This document shows, piece after piece, positions 26,290 to 40,195 of a stretch of DNA of 47,178 bases (its first letter is position 1; every line of letters starts with the position of its first letter). Below the pieces are notes generated by a model, which made no database searches, had not been told where the DNA came from, and saw only the letters and a program-made list of their open reading frames with translations. The stretch is taken from the NCBI GenBank assembly GCA_900088475.1, contig FLMG01001385.1:1-47178 (forward strand). Direction: 5' to 3'. Origin of the DNA: Hyphochytrium catenoides. Taxonomy: Eukaryota > Protista > Hyphochytriomycota. The translations under genes were made by a program, and so were the position numbers.

Positions 26290-29200
26290 ATGGGTGTCCC
26301 GGCCTTCTATCGGTGGCTGAGTGAGAAATATGGGCAGATTGTGGTGGATTGCATGGAAGAGCGTGCCACTGTCGTGGATGGTCACGTCATACCCCTCGAC
26401 CTTACGAGCCCGAACCCGAATGGGGTCGAGGTAGGGACTCAGATACGTTCCCGTTTTCGTTTGCCTTGTTCTGATCATTGCAACTCTCTGCTTCCCCCTT
26501 GTGCCTCGTCTCTCCCCCTATGCCCAAACCCATCGGCTGGCTGCTGGTGGCAGTTTGACAATCTCTATATTGATATGAATGGTATCATTCATCCGTGTGC
26601 GCACCCGGAAGATGCTCCTCAGCCCTCATCGGAGGAGGAGATGTATGTCAACATCTTCAAGGTAGGACGGTCAACTCTTCTTGGTTTGGTGTTCAACCTG
26701 ACACAGGCCATAGCACTTCAGCAGGGTACTTTTAGACCTGCTGATTAGTTCTTTCGTCTCTTAAGCCTCTGGCACGACTCTTGACTCTGAGAGGTTGTCT
26801 CCCCTGTCCGCCTCTACCTCCATCGATGGTACATACTCTTATCTAGTCCCTGCGCCTTTGCTTGCTCTATGCTTTTTGGCTCTTCTCCACCATTACCTAT
26901 CTATCTAATCATTCCTTGTTCGTCCCTCCTCGTGGCAGTATGTTGACCGCCTAGTCGCGGCTGTCAGACCTCGTCGCGTACTCTACATGGCTGTGGACGG
27001 CGTTGCACCTAGAGCGAAGATGAACCAACAGCGTTCTAGACGGTTCCGTACCGCTCAAGATGATAAGCACAGGCAAGAGCTCTATGAGAAGGCCGTCGAG
27101 GAACTTAAGGCGATGGGTAGAACAGATATCCCTCCAGAAAAGGACTCTTGGGACAGCAATGTTATCACCCCAGGCACAGAGTTCATGTGGAAGCTCTCTA
27201 AATACTTGCAATATTATGTGTACTACAAGCAGAATACTGATAAGGCCTGGGCTCAGATAAAGGTATGTTTTAGCCACACTTAGGACAAGTAAGCGGCAGC
27301 AGAATAAGCAGCTCACGTTCTCCTGTCCCTATGCGTCTCTGCTTCCTTTGGTTCTCTTCCATCCATAAGGCCAACGTCGACCTTCTCTTGAGCAAAGAAC
27401 ATTATCGCCTGACCGGTTTTACGTCTAGGTTATCATCTCCGATGCGAGCGTGCCTGGAGAGGGAGAACACAAGTTAATGGCCTATATTCGCCAGCAAAGA
27501 GCTCAACCAGGCTATGACCCCAACCAGCGCCATGTGTTGCATGGCTTAGATGCTGATCTTATTATGCTCGGTCTTGCTACACATGAGCCAAACTTTTCCA
27601 TCCTGAGAGAGCAGGTCGGCATGATGAAGCAGACTCCTTCTTCATGCCTTCTTCCACGGCTTTCCTTCAGTCAACTTTTCTGACCTGTCGTTTCAAGCTC
27701 AACCGTTTAGAAGAAGCTGATCTTTACCTTTGCCTTCGACAGGTATTCTTCGGTCGGCAAGGTAATGCAACAGCGAAAGGGGCAGAGAATGGAGAAAATG
27801 CAGCACCCGAAGTCCCCACCCCTAAGATAGGAGAGGTATAAGCGGCTTCTTTTCCAGACAGCTGCCATGTCTCTAACACATCACTGCCCATGTTATCCCT
27901 CCCGCCGACACATGACACATGTTCAGTATGGAGATAGTGACGGAGACTTCGTCTTTAGGAAGCCGCTTCAATTTCTTCATATCTCAATACTCCGAGAATA
28001 TTTGAAGTGGGAGTTCAAAGTAAGGGACTCAGTGCCAGTCTCATCTGTGATGCATATGTGTGCTTTAATTCGCGTTCGTATAAGTCGCTCTCGCTTAGTT
28101 TGCACTCGTTGGGATCTGCGATCTGCCAGGCACCTGCCTTGCCTTTCGGTCCGACATTAGTCAACCAGTCTTTGTGTCCTCCTACTCGGCCGTTAATCAT
28201 GCATGCCCGTGACCCGATCTATGGAACAGGTCTTAGAGACTGTGGTACCATTTGGTTATGACTTCGAGCGCGTAGTGGATGACTTTGTATTCATGTGCTT
28301 TTTCGTGGGAAATGATTTCCTGCCCCACTTACCAGCGTTGGATATTAGGTAGGTCCTCGCTCCCTGAGTCCTCCGTGTTCATACGTTATTTTGTGTAGGG
28401 CATTGGGCCGAAGTGCCGGTGCTCCTCTGTCCCACGCGGACTTCATCTCTGCTTGACTTCTGTCAAGCCAACCTTGGCATGCCTGGTGTGCGTAGGTGGT
28501 AGACTCATTTGTCTCTTTTACTTAGGGATGGCGCCATTGACTTTCTTTTTGCCGTCTACAAGCGCATTCTGCCATCATTAGGAGACTATCTCACCAATGC
28601 AGGTAAGTTTCTAGGCACACTACTGTGCTCAGTTTCTTAAGCACGGTGTTCGTCTTTACCAGTCCTCTTTAAGACAGGCTATTAATGGCCTTGCCAAGCA
28701 AATTCAATAGTGCCGATACAAACGGCCGGGGATCTTTGGGGTTTCCAGCAGTTTACTAAGCCTTTATGTCTTTATGCTGACAGGAGTGGTCAATCTATCC
28801 AAGGCCGATGTCCTTCTTGCTGAGGTTGGCAAAGTCGAGGATGAGGTCTTCAAGAGAAAACGAGAAAAAGAAGAAAGATCCAAATGGAGAAGAGAGCAGA
28901 GAAAGGCATTCGACCGCAATCGAAGGCGCCCAGACTTCGAAAAGAATGCAGCGCGACAAGTGGTTGGAAGTGCTGTGGCACTGGAACCGGACAAGACCCC
29001 TCAGATGATGAAAAGAAGGGCTCCACCGTCGGAAAGCGAAAATGCTGCGGCCGCGAAAAAGCTCCGGTAGGTGTGCGGGCAAGCAAAGAGGGAGAAGCTC
29101 AGTACCGTGCTTTTGGTGACAGAGGCCGCACAGCCGATGCATAAACGTGGATGGATAGATTCAAAAGAAAGATAATTGCTGGTGCATTCACGAGTATAGG

Positions 29201-32200
29201 ATACCATGCAAGGTTGGATCTTAAACTCCCTAACCGTGCCATGCAGCGCCCAGCTGATGGGTGAAGAAGATGTACCGGGACCTATTGAAGTTGTTGTCAC
29301 GAAGTAAGGGCCAATGCTTTACAACGTTTGCAAAGGGAAGACCTAAGCCTTTTTCCACTTTGATTCTTGCTTCCTGCTGCAACTTCATCTTCAGGGTAGC
29401 TACCGATGAAGAAGGTGACAGTCAGAGCCAGTCTGAAGATCCCATGAGCACTCCTAGCAAGGGAGCGGAGGGTGGGGACTCGGAAGTAAACTCAGTGGCC
29501 TCAGTCCCGGACTCACCTTTAGTCCCTGACTCGCCTATTGGGGGCAACCTATTCCCATATGAGAGTGATAAGGATGAGGTTAGTGGTCCTCATTCTCCAC
29601 GTGGTGGTCGTAGGGGCAACGTCTCTCTTTGTGAGCTTCTCAAGCCTTTGAATCAGATCTGCATCTGGTAGCTTCAATATCCCTTTCTTGTTGTGTGCTT
29701 GATGTATATACGTCTTCTCTTTCTGTCGGAAAAGATGCTGAGCTGTTTTAGTCCTTCATCACCCCAATCTCGTTTCTCATGCATTGTCTTCAGGCCGAGA
29801 ACAGCGTAAAACTCATGCTCAAGCGCAAGCTCAAGGAGTTAGAGGTAAGACAGATCTATTATCGTCGCATTGACTAGGCACCCTTATGGATTTTACTGCT
29901 TTCAGGAGAAAGAGCTGGACCAGTACCGTGAGAATGTGAAGGACAATGTTAGGTTAGGGGAGCATGGATGGAAGGACCGTTACTACTCAGACAAGCTTAA
30001 GATGGAAGACTTTGAGAAAGGTAAGCTGGCCCAATAATCAGTCTCCTTTTTGTTCGGCACGCGCGTTTCCATGTAATCTCCTGTTCCCGTCGTTGATCTG
30101 ATGGCCCTTCTATCCCCAGGGGGAGGCAAGGAACGCCTGTGCAAGGCCTACGTAGAGGGTTTATGCTGGGTGATGCTCTATTACTATAAGGGCTGTCCAT
30201 CTTGGAACTGGTTTTATCCATTCCACTATGCGCCATTTGCCTCAGACCTGGTAAATATTGACAGGTTTGACATAAAGTTCGAACAGTCGCAGCCATTTAG
30301 ACCCTTTGACCAGGTAAGGGAAGGAAGCTAACGTTGTTCTCTTTTAAGGAGCTAAGACCTTTACTGGTTGGCGAATGCCTTGAGTCCCATCCACCATTTT
30401 CTTTATTTATCCTTTTCAGCTGTCTAGCTTGAGAGGCCTCTGCAGGGTTCCATGTTCATGTTTAGTCTTAATTTATGCTACGGGGCGCCGGAGTGGGAAA
30501 AGAGTGAAAGGTCCTCGTGGGTTCCTGGTTCCTTTTGAATTATCTTCGGCGAATTCATATCGGTCCCAGTAGGTCTAATGTGGTGCCTTTTTTGTCGCTG
30601 ACAGCTAATGGCGGTTCTGCCCGGACGGAGTGCGCATGCACTGCCAAAGCCTTGCCGATGGCTGATGAATGACGAGGAGTCTCCCATCATTGACTTTTAT
30701 CCTACAGAGGTGCCTCTTGATCCAAATGGGAAAGCAATGCCATGGTAAGTAGACGTGCGCCACCTCTCAATGTTCAGAACCATTCTTAGCTGCGCCGTGC
30801 CTATCCAGCTTGTGAGAGTCCACTCTTGAAAGATATTTCTGCCGCTGCGAAGGCGATTCTCTCATCCTTTCACCATCATTGCTTACTATAACTGGCCCAT
30901 TCTCATTAGGTTATTTGTGGTGCTGCTACCATTCATCGAGGAACAGCGTCTTCTGGATGCGATCAAACCGGTTGAGCAACACTTTACACCGGTAGAACAC
31001 GAACGGAACCGACGTCATGGCGATGAGCTTTTGTTTCTCCATGACTCTAACCCCGTCATGGAGTTCATTCCTGGTAAGCACCTTGCTTTCCGTCCTAAAT
31101 GAGGAGAGTGATAAAGGCTTCGACTGCGTCTTCCATAGGTTTATGTAGCTGAATATCTCCACTTAGCCATCTTACACCATTAACCTTAAGTTGCATGGAA
31201 GGCTGCTCGTTTACTTTCGCTTTGCCTCTACTAATCTATGGAGTTATGGGCATTCTCTGCTGTCCTATAAACCCACCTCCTTATGATATCGTTTCTAGAG
31301 GAGTTTGATGAGATAGAGCTAGACGCTCACAAGACCAAAGGCTTCAGTGGGACCGTCAAGAAGTGGAGCAAAGCGATAGGTATGAGAAACGTTGTGCCCA
31401 TAAGCAGCCATATTCACTACCACTAGTATCTCTCTGGCATTTGGTCTGAGAATGAAGAGCTATCTAAGCTGTCAAGGTGTTCTTGGAGGAACTGTACTTC
31501 GTATATCTTAAAATCTCGGTTGCGTCTGCTAATGATTGCTCTTCCTTTTGGCGTCATATCAGCTGTCGGTGCCATAGTTCCTGCCCCGGAACTACCTCGA
31601 GACGCCTTACAAACTGTTAAGGACAATCTCGTCCACGCGTTCTGGTCAGTGCTTTAGAACGTCTATATGTGATCATGGCTGCTCGCCCAAAACTTCCTGC
31701 AAGTGCTTTATGATGTTCTTGGAAGGCTTCGTGTCACTTCGATGGCTTTCTTACACGCTTACTCGTAAATGTGCAGCTATCAAATGCCTCCACCCGGAGA
31801 GCATATTTGCCGCTTCCTACCAGGAACTGTCGAACCTCCACCGATCCTCCAACCTCATCACCTAGTTCCAAGAGTTCCAAGACTGAGCCGGGAAAGTGCT
31901 AACATGGTAGAGCTCGCTACTCCTGCAGACCGGTAAGGTGTCCAGCATAATGTATTTGTTGAGCCTGTTTCCTTCTACAAGTCCTTCTAAATCCAGGTAG
32001 ACATTGACCATCGTCCTTGCCGCCGTATTGTTTTCCGCCGAATGTAGGATGATTCGACACTCTTTGGGCGTCTCGAACAGCTATTTTGGAGGTCAGCACG
32101 ACCTAGGCTCTGCAGCATACAACAGGAATTGGGGCACTAACGAGCCAAGGCCGAAACATATTCGATTTGGGGAAGGGGATGGTCAGCTCCCTACTCCGCC

Positions 32201-33463
32201 AATGAATCCGTTCATGCAAGGACGAGGGTATGGGAGGTGAGTAAAGAGGCAGAGAGTGCTAATGGCTCGGCCTTCAGATGAGCAGTCCTGCTCTTTGTTG
32301 CCTGAGACTTCTGCTGTCGCTTGGACGCTTCCTGTGACACTCTTCTAGCTCTGGTATTCGATAACTTGGTCACGAGTTTGTTGAGCTTTGTCCGGCATAG
32401 GAAGCTTTGATAGTCTAACAAATTGGTTGATTATATTGTGCCACCGCTTTCTTGACAGGGGCGCACCGCAGTACCAGAATCAGTCGTATCATCGATCCGC
32501 TTCCCCACCTATTCGACCTCCTCTCTCCCAACATCACCTCGGAGCCTTCAGGCATCAACAAGAGAGCTATGACGGCTATCAGGATCGGGGAAGAGGATCT
32601 GCAGTTCCTTCTTCTCGCTTTTCGTATAGCAGCGACAATCGCCAATATGGCTCCCAAACATACGACTCGCGTCCTTATGACTCGAGGAGAGGACAGGAAA
32701 GAGGCCCTTCTTCCCGATCAACAGTTGAGTCTTCGTACGGCCGGTCCGACCCAAGGTAAAAGTCTACCTTCCTCCGCTTCTTTATTTAGACAGGCTATAT
32801 GATATACTCAACCTTGCTCGGCGCAGGAGTGGGAGTGGGCAGAGCTATGCAAGAGGAGGACAGTCGTCATCTAGTCGGACAGGACAGTATTCTGGAGACA
32901 GGTAGGGGAACAAGGAGAGCTTATCCATGACAAACTTTGCTCCTCAATAAGTTTCTAACCTTGTACTGCCCGATTGGGAACCGTAATAGCAGATATGGTT
33001 CAGGATACGACTATAGAGGGACGTCACAGTCAACGGCACAGCGCTCAGGAGCCCACGCTTATCCTGTTCAAGGAGCGGGGGATAGAGGAAGAACTACTTC
33101 TGCCTATGGTGCTCCTACTCATCCAACCCAGCGGCAGGCAGCTCCTTATTACCCCTCTCCAGCCCCGCCTCCTCATTCTGGATATCCAATGGCCCCGGGT
33201 GTCACTAGAGTGGTAAGCTATCAAAGTCAGGAAGATCAGGCTCCGCGCTCGGCCTTGCATAATCTTTATCCTCTCTTTCTTCTACATGCACGCTAATATG
33301 ATAGGTTTCCTTCCCAACTTCTCTACAGCCAGCGGCGGTCCCTCCCCCAGCTTCAAATCCTGCCTCTCTGCTCGAGTCTCTGCAGGCAGGACTGCGCTCT
33401 ATGCACAGTCAGAGGCAGGCACAGCAGCAACCACCACCATCACGACACACCCATAGGCGTTAG
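26290..33463 (+). CDS. XRN2: 5'-3' exoribonuclease 2 (XRN2/Rat1/Dhp1); more than 20 exons, disordered R/G/S/Y/P-rich C-terminal tail
   Basis: [164 protein letters not shown]. Last exon ends ...RHTHRR* at 33463. Confidence 0.96.
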
Positions 33464-34274
33464 GAAGCCTATTTATACTCTTCTCTCTCGTTCTCTGCCC
33501 TTCTCAAACCTGTGCTGCCTGTTCTTTTCGTTCACATACTCTAATGTCGCCATCTGTAGCATAATGAAGAGAGCAGGGATGGTCCTGCCTTATCACCCTA
33601 TCATCCAAAGCGCTGTGCACACGTTAAACCACCATTTGTTAGGACTTGAAAAAGATTAAAAGCGAGAGCGAAGCGGACGGGTGAGGTGCACGGGTAGCAA
33701 GCTAGCAGGAAAGGAGAGTTTGATCTATGTGAGGAAGCGAGATAAGCGTCACCGAGTCGGCTCGAAAGACAGGCGGTGATGTCTGGTCTATAGGGAAGAG
33801 GGACAGGACAGGGATGTCGTTTGACGAAATCCAGAGCCGCTAACGGTCGGTACGGTTTGGGGGTTATTGGAGCCTTCACCGTTGCAGAGGTTTACGTCTC
33901 TCAGCACGGCGACCCACGTTGTTCACCGTTACCCGCTAGTTTCTTTGGTTTTGATGTTAATGGGGAGGAAGACAGAGAGGGAGAGAGAGAGGGAGAGAGA
34001 GAGAGAGAGAGAGGAGAGAAGAGAGAGAGAGGAGAGGAGAGAAAGAGAGAATAGGAGGAAGTGTCTTTGAAGTTTGCTCGAAGCTCTCACGCTTGCTTGG
34101 TCCTTTCACTTTCGAAACTGAGTCTCCCTGTTAAAGCTCGCCACCGCTCTCTAGGAGGTCAACGCTCTCTTGGCCTGCATGAGATCAGCTGTAAGCACAG
34201 TGAGGATTTGAAGAGAGAGAGGTACAGCTTCCCAAGAGCGAGAGAGAGAGAGAGCACGAGTGCGGGTGCTCAAC

Positions 34275-37200
34275 ATGCACTACGGAATGAACATGAACTC
34301 TTCACAAGGAGGAGGAGGAGGGAACAGGCCTTCTTTCTCCTCAGCTAGTCCCTCTCCTCTGGCGGGCGGAACGCCTCCTTCTGGAAGGACATCGGCGGTA
34401 CTCTCTCCATCATTAGGTAGAGCACAGGGTCCTCCTCAGAGCCAGGTTCCCTCAGCTCCGTCGTACACCTTCCCTCCGGCCTCAGGACCTTATTATCAAG
34501 CACAATCCTCTCTTCCTCTCTCTTCTGCGCGACCTGCAGGAGGAGACGCTTTCTCTTCCATCCCAGTAGGCCTGCCTACCTCCTCTCTTCCCTCCGTGGC
34601 CTATCCTCAGCAGTACCCTGCCTCTTCGCCTATGCCCTACCTTCAACATCAACAGCCAATGCCTGGAATGTATGGCCAGGCTGCCCCGATGGCAACGCCT
34701 GCCTTTCACTCTCAAGGAGCAGGAGGAGGGATGGGTTTCTCCCCTTCTTCCGCCTTTCTGCCTCCTCCGCCTGCTGGAGCCTTTGGCAGCACTTCTGGAG
34801 CTATGGGACCTGGCTACGTGGCTTCTCCGCAGCCTCTCTCTTTCGCCTCTACCTCGTCTTCTTCCTCTGTCCCGACTGCTTACCCTGCCAATAACTCCTC
34901 CGCGATGTACGGAAGACCTTCCCATCAGGGAGCAGACAGTTCTTCATCCTTTCCACTCCCTTCTTCCAGCGCTATGTCTGCTAATGGAGCGCTAGGAGGA
35001 GATGGAAGTGGAGGAGGAAGCTCCTCTCCTTCTCTCTCTTCTCCATCATTCTCCTCCTCGCCCCTTTGGATCCCTAAGAGTAACCTGGAGGCAAAGTACT
35101 ACGAGGATCTATTTGACTTTGCGGATATGAGGCGAACGGGGATGCTGCAGGGGAAGGAAGCTGTCGAGTTCTTCTCCCGAAGTGGTCTTCCCAAGCATAC
35201 GCTTAGGGAGGTAAGAGAGATAGCAACAGGACAAAGAGACAGAGAGAGGGATGCCGTGAGAATTTTGGAAAGACAAGGCGGCTGTCTGGCCGAGGGGTAG
35301 TTGAGGGCAAGTCAGAGAGGCACAGAGGCGAGAGAAGGAAGAATGAAGTAAACAGAGAGCGAAAGAGAGAGAGAGAGGGGGGAAGAGTGAGAGAGAATGT
35401 GTGAGAGAGAGAAGGGTGAGCCTTAAAAGTCAGAAGACGCGTCGCTTTACTGGTGCGGGCATGTGGTTTTTGGCAGCATACAATCAGAGTGGTGACAGAC
35501 ACGGGATATAGGCATCGGTCGAGGGGGAGAACGAAAAAGAGCTATTGGAGATGGAGGTGGACAGGGAAGACAAGAGATGGGGAAAGAAGAGAGATCGAGG
35601 AGCTAAAAAACGTCTAAGCTGTGCGGCACATCTCTAAACATTTGACTCCTCAGATCTGGCGGCTGTCCGACGTCTCAAGAGCAAACGCGCTGCGAAAACA
35701 GGATTTCTTTGTGGCGATGAGACTTCTAGCCATGGCACAGCAAGGTAGGAAGCTCTACTCATCTCTTCGAGCCTTAATCAGGATGGGGAGGGGCAGGCTC
35801 CATCATTCAACTGACGTGCTTGCACCCTCATCACCTTGCCTCTCTGTCGCTGTCACTTCGGTTTCCTTTCTCTCTCTCTCTCTTCTCTCTCTCTCACTCT
35901 TTTTTCTCACTTTCTCACCTACCTCGCTGTCCTTTCTAAGCCGGCGTTTTGCTCCTTTTGTCTCTCCATGTCCCACGCCTGATCCTCTTGTTGGTTCCTA
36001 GGCCATCCAGTGACTGCTGACCGGCTCCAGGAGCTTGGAAATGAGCCTCTTGCCATTGCAAAGCTGCAGGGTGTTCCCCAACCTCCGGAGATACTCACGC
36101 GTCCTCCAGCACAGCCTCCTCGCTTTCAGGTGCTGAACGATATCTGCCTTTCTCCTAGTTTTCTGCCACTGGGGAGATCTCTCGTTCTTCTGAGGATCAT
36201 CTCTGGCACCACGGCCCTCTCTCCCTGTATATCTCTATTATTCTCTGCGGTTCTGAGTGTGCTGAGTCTCCTCTCTGTAAAACATTTCAGGAGGATCCCA
36301 CAGCCAGCAGCACCACTTCTGTGGCTCCTCCAACGCTTTCACCCTTGCAAGCAGGAATGCAAGGTAAGTGGCGGGAGCTGTCCTTACCAATGAGAAGGAG
36401 AGACACGAAGAGCTAGCTCAGTAACAAGAGAACGACAATGCTTAGCCTTCGTGTAGAAGAGAGATCCTACTAATATCCAGAAGGCACTCGTGAGGTGGCA
36501 AGCGGCGCTTGACAGAGAGAAGATAACAACCGTTCGAAGGGGTGGACGAGAGTTAGAAGAGTCTAAGTTGTTGCTCCGGTCGCCTTAGGTCCTGATGCAT
36601 ACCTGGCCATGCGGATGCCACAGCTGCAGCAGCAACAAAGCAGCGGTAGGATTGCTATCTTGCAACTAAACGTCAGCCGCAAGCCCTAACCCTTTTCTCA
36701 CCTTCTCCCGCTTGGCCTCTTTCCTGCCAACATTTTCTCTCACTCTCCTTTCTCCATAAATAACGTTGTTGTCTCTGCATAGACCATCCTCCTCAGTCTC
36801 TGGGTCTCAGCTTGTCAGCTCCTACATCATTTGCGGCCCCCGTACCGTCGGCTCCTGCCTCTGCACCTTCTGGTACAGCTCCTCTGCCTTCTTCTCCTTC
36901 CATTCAAACTACATCGGTGCCCCACTCTCCCTGGGATATCAGCGCTGCTGAGATTGCGAACTACGAAAAGTTCTTTGCGTTGCATGCAAACCCGGAAGGA
37001 TATGTCATAGGAAGTACCGCCCTAGGGCTCTTCACTCAGAGCCAACTGCCAAAGGAGGTTGGTCCATTCTGCCCTCGCCCTGAGTGTCTCTCTCGCTCTC
37101 ATTTGTCTGCCCCTGCCCCTGCTTCTCTCCTCTCTCTCTCGTTCTCTCTTTCCCTTGGGTTCTCCTGTTTCCTAGCACCTTTCTTTTTACCAATGCAAGC

Positions 37201-39821
37201 CACTCCTTCTCTTGGCTCTGGCAGGCGACCCCTGCTGTGTTCTGTAGGTCACTTTCTCGATTCTGAGCCTTTTCTCCCCTATTTTCATTCTCTAGACTCT
37301 TCGATCCATCTGGCTGCTATCTGATGCCGATCAAGACAAGAAGCTCCGAAAGGAAGAATTCATAGTGGCGATGCATTTGATTCGCTGCATGAAGAGACAG
37401 AACCTGCCTGTTCCAGAGACACTTCCTCCTCCTTTAAGTGCTATCCTCTCTCCTCCTGTCCTTCCACCTTCTCCATCTCTCTCTTTTGAGACTCTTTCCC
37501 TACAGGACCAAGTTGTACCTTCTGCCCCACAGGCTGCCAAGGAGTCTCTACTTCTGTCTCTTTCGCCACAAACTGCCCCTTCTCCGTCCTCGGCCGAAGT
37601 GCCAGCGTCACCTCTCGAGTTATCATTAGCCAGCAACACCACTTCTTCCTCTTCTCACGCTGTGCCTCCTTCTTCTGTCCCTCCACTGCCATCTTCATCT
37701 TTCCCTACCTCCTCTTCTTCTTCTGCTATTTCTTCCCTTCCTTCTCCTTCTTTACCAATGACGGCTACGTCTCTAGCATCAGTCTCATCCTCAGTCCCAT
37801 CTCCAGCAGCTCCAAGTGTCGTATCAACAGCATATATCTCTCCCTCCTTGTCGTCCACTACTCCTTCTCTGCTTCCTCCTTCTTCCTCTGTCTCTTCTTC
37901 TCTGGCTGCTGCCCCTCTCTCATTTTCATCCACTTCTGGCCAAGGACTGGCGTCCTCCTCGGGTTTCCCCACTTTCTCTCCCACGTTTGCATCCTTCCCT
38001 TCAGCGTCAGCTCCTCCTCTTGCTCCCCCACCAGATGCAAGCAAGCCCTCTAGTCAGGCCGCTTCATCCTTTGGTTCTGTCTCCTCCCAATCTCTGTCGG
38101 GCTTTGGGCCTTCTATATCCTCTCCAATGGCCTCGATGGGCAATGAACCTGAAGTGGGGCTCGCAGGAGGAGAGACATTGTCTTTCTCGCCTTCCTTTCC
38201 GACTGTTTCCTCCCGCATGCTAGTAAGCTCTGGCGCTCTGGGAATGTTAGAGACAAGCTTCGCTTCTCCGTCACTCTCTGCTTCAGCTCCTACCCTGTCC
38301 TCGCCCACCTTTGAAGCTTTCCCTTCGGTACCTCCCTCCACGTCCCGGCCATCCGCCGCCACTTCGCTGTCATCAGCCTTCCAGTCTCAACCTTCTGCGG
38401 TGCTGCCGCCTGCAGGTACGTCGTATCGATTAGCGTGGCAGTCCTAGGGAGGGAGAGGGAGACCGAAGAGAGAGAGAGGAACAGAGAGAAAGAGAAGCGG
38501 GAGAAAGCCAAGGAGAGAGAGAAAAGCGAATAGAGAGAGGTGAGTAAGTAGTTGAAGTTTAGCCTGACCCTTAGGAAGCTGTATCTCTCCATCTAAGATT
38601 ACCTTCCATCTCTTCTCTCTCTCACTCAGGGTCATTTGACACTGCAGCGACCTCAGCCGCCCTGGCTCCTCAAGCAGCGTCCAGCGTTAGCTTGCATCAC
38701 GTCACTCCTCCTCTTCCTGCCTCTCTTGTAAAGAGAAGCACCCAGGCAATGAGGGAAGAGATAGACGGAGCGAGAGAGATACAAAGAGCTCTGCTGAGGT
38801 TGCGAGAGAGCCAGACAGAGATAGCCGACGTGATCCATAGGCTCAAAGACCTAAGAGAGAAGGTAAGGACTGATCCCTCTCGGAGACAGAGCAAGAGAGG
38901 GAAGATAGCCAGCACTAGAAGAAATAGACGTGACTGAAGTCAATAGGATAGAGCTGGAGGTAGACGTTTGAGAGGAAAAAGAGGGAGACCAATAGAGAGA
39001 GGAATGTTCGCTTGACAGTCTCTCCTCTTCCGTTCTTTTAGCGTTCTGCACTTTACGCAGCGATGACCGCCAGGGACAGTGCAAGGAAAGAACTAGAGAT
39101 CTCCTTGACACAGCTGCTTGAGGAAGAAAACGGTGACCAAAGTATAGAGAGGACGACTGTTTCTTATGGTGAGTGGAAGAGTAAGGCATGGCCCCTTTGA
39201 TGGGCTACCATGCCCGCTGGAGAGTAAATGAATCCTTCTTCGACGTGTTTCTGAGCTTCTTCTTACACTGTGCACCCTCTGTCTGTTTTGTCTGCCTGTC
39301 TATCTGCTTCTCTTCCATCTGTCACTTCTCTGTCTCTCTCTCTTTCTCTCTCTTCCCCCCGCTGTCTCAATCTCGATGTCTCTACCTCACTTGCTGTGCC
39401 CCATTTCGTCCCACCAGCGTCCCTCAGACCCCTTATAGAGCAGCTACTAGCCGGGCAGCGTAATTGCAAGGAAAGTCTTAACAGCAGTAATAGCAGCACA
39501 GATGTCGCCGGTGCTCGCCTCAACATGGAAGGGGTAAATGGTGAGCAAAAAAGGATAGAGAAAGCGCCAAATCCTTTCTTCATTTCGACTGCACCTTCCT
39601 CTTTTACTGATTTCTCTCCTAGTCTCTCTCTCTTTTTTTATTTGCTGAGTATCCTTACCACTTAGCCTCCAGGCCGAACTCCGGCTTTCCTGCTGCTGAA
39701 ACCTCTTTCTCTACGCTGACTGTCCTCTCCCTTTCTCTCGCTCCCTCACTCTTTTGCTCTCTCTCGCTTCTCGCCATCGTCACCTTCTACAGCGGAGACA
39801 GAAGCATTCACTTTCCGGTAG
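34275..39821 (+). CDS. EH-domain endocytic adaptor (Eps15/Ede1-like): two EH domains, S/P-rich linkers, C-terminal coiled coil
   Basis: EH1: YYEDLFDFADMRRTGMLQGKEAVEFFSRSGLPKHTLRE/IWRLSD...QDFFVAMRLLAMAQQG. EH2: YEKFFALH...ALGLFTQSQLPKE/TLRSIWLLSDADQDKKLRKEEFIVAMHLI...PVPETLPP. Coiled coil: MREEIDGAREIQRALLRLRESQTEIADVIHRLKDLREK. The 3' end (39821 or 39665) is uncertain. Confidence 0.85.
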
Positions 39822-40195
39822 CCTTCTGAGAGGACCTCGCGGTTCTATTTACCGGTTATTAGTGTGCATACACTCGGACAAAAATCACATGGACAGATCT
39901 TTGAATGGCAGAGGAAGTGAGAAAGAGTCTTCCCTTCTCGCCACTTTTGTTAGTAGGAGCATCCTTGCTTTCATTCACCTTCTTAGGATCGAAAGGCTAG
40001 GATTAGGACCTCTCTCCCTCTGCAGACTTCTATCAACCGCTGTAGCGTGCCGGTACAGCAGCATAGCGATAGCAGAGAGAGAGCAACTGGCGCAGGAGCG
40101 ATCGCGTGCATCGCCACTGTTATCTACTCATCCCCTTAGATGTCTACCTCTTATGATTGAATTGTCAGGATCTCCCTGTCCAATCATTTCTGTCT

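Noticed and set aside
33745-33772. CACCGAGTCGG, resembling the SpCas9 tracrRNA 3' hairpin
   Set aside because: Only an 11-nt match with no other scaffold sequence and no closing stem. Expected by chance.
34482-38362. Long antisense ORFs opposite the EH gene, and similar ones opposite THUMP and XRN2
   Set aside because: Shadow ORFs of S/P-rich coding exons with no independent motifs or splice structure.
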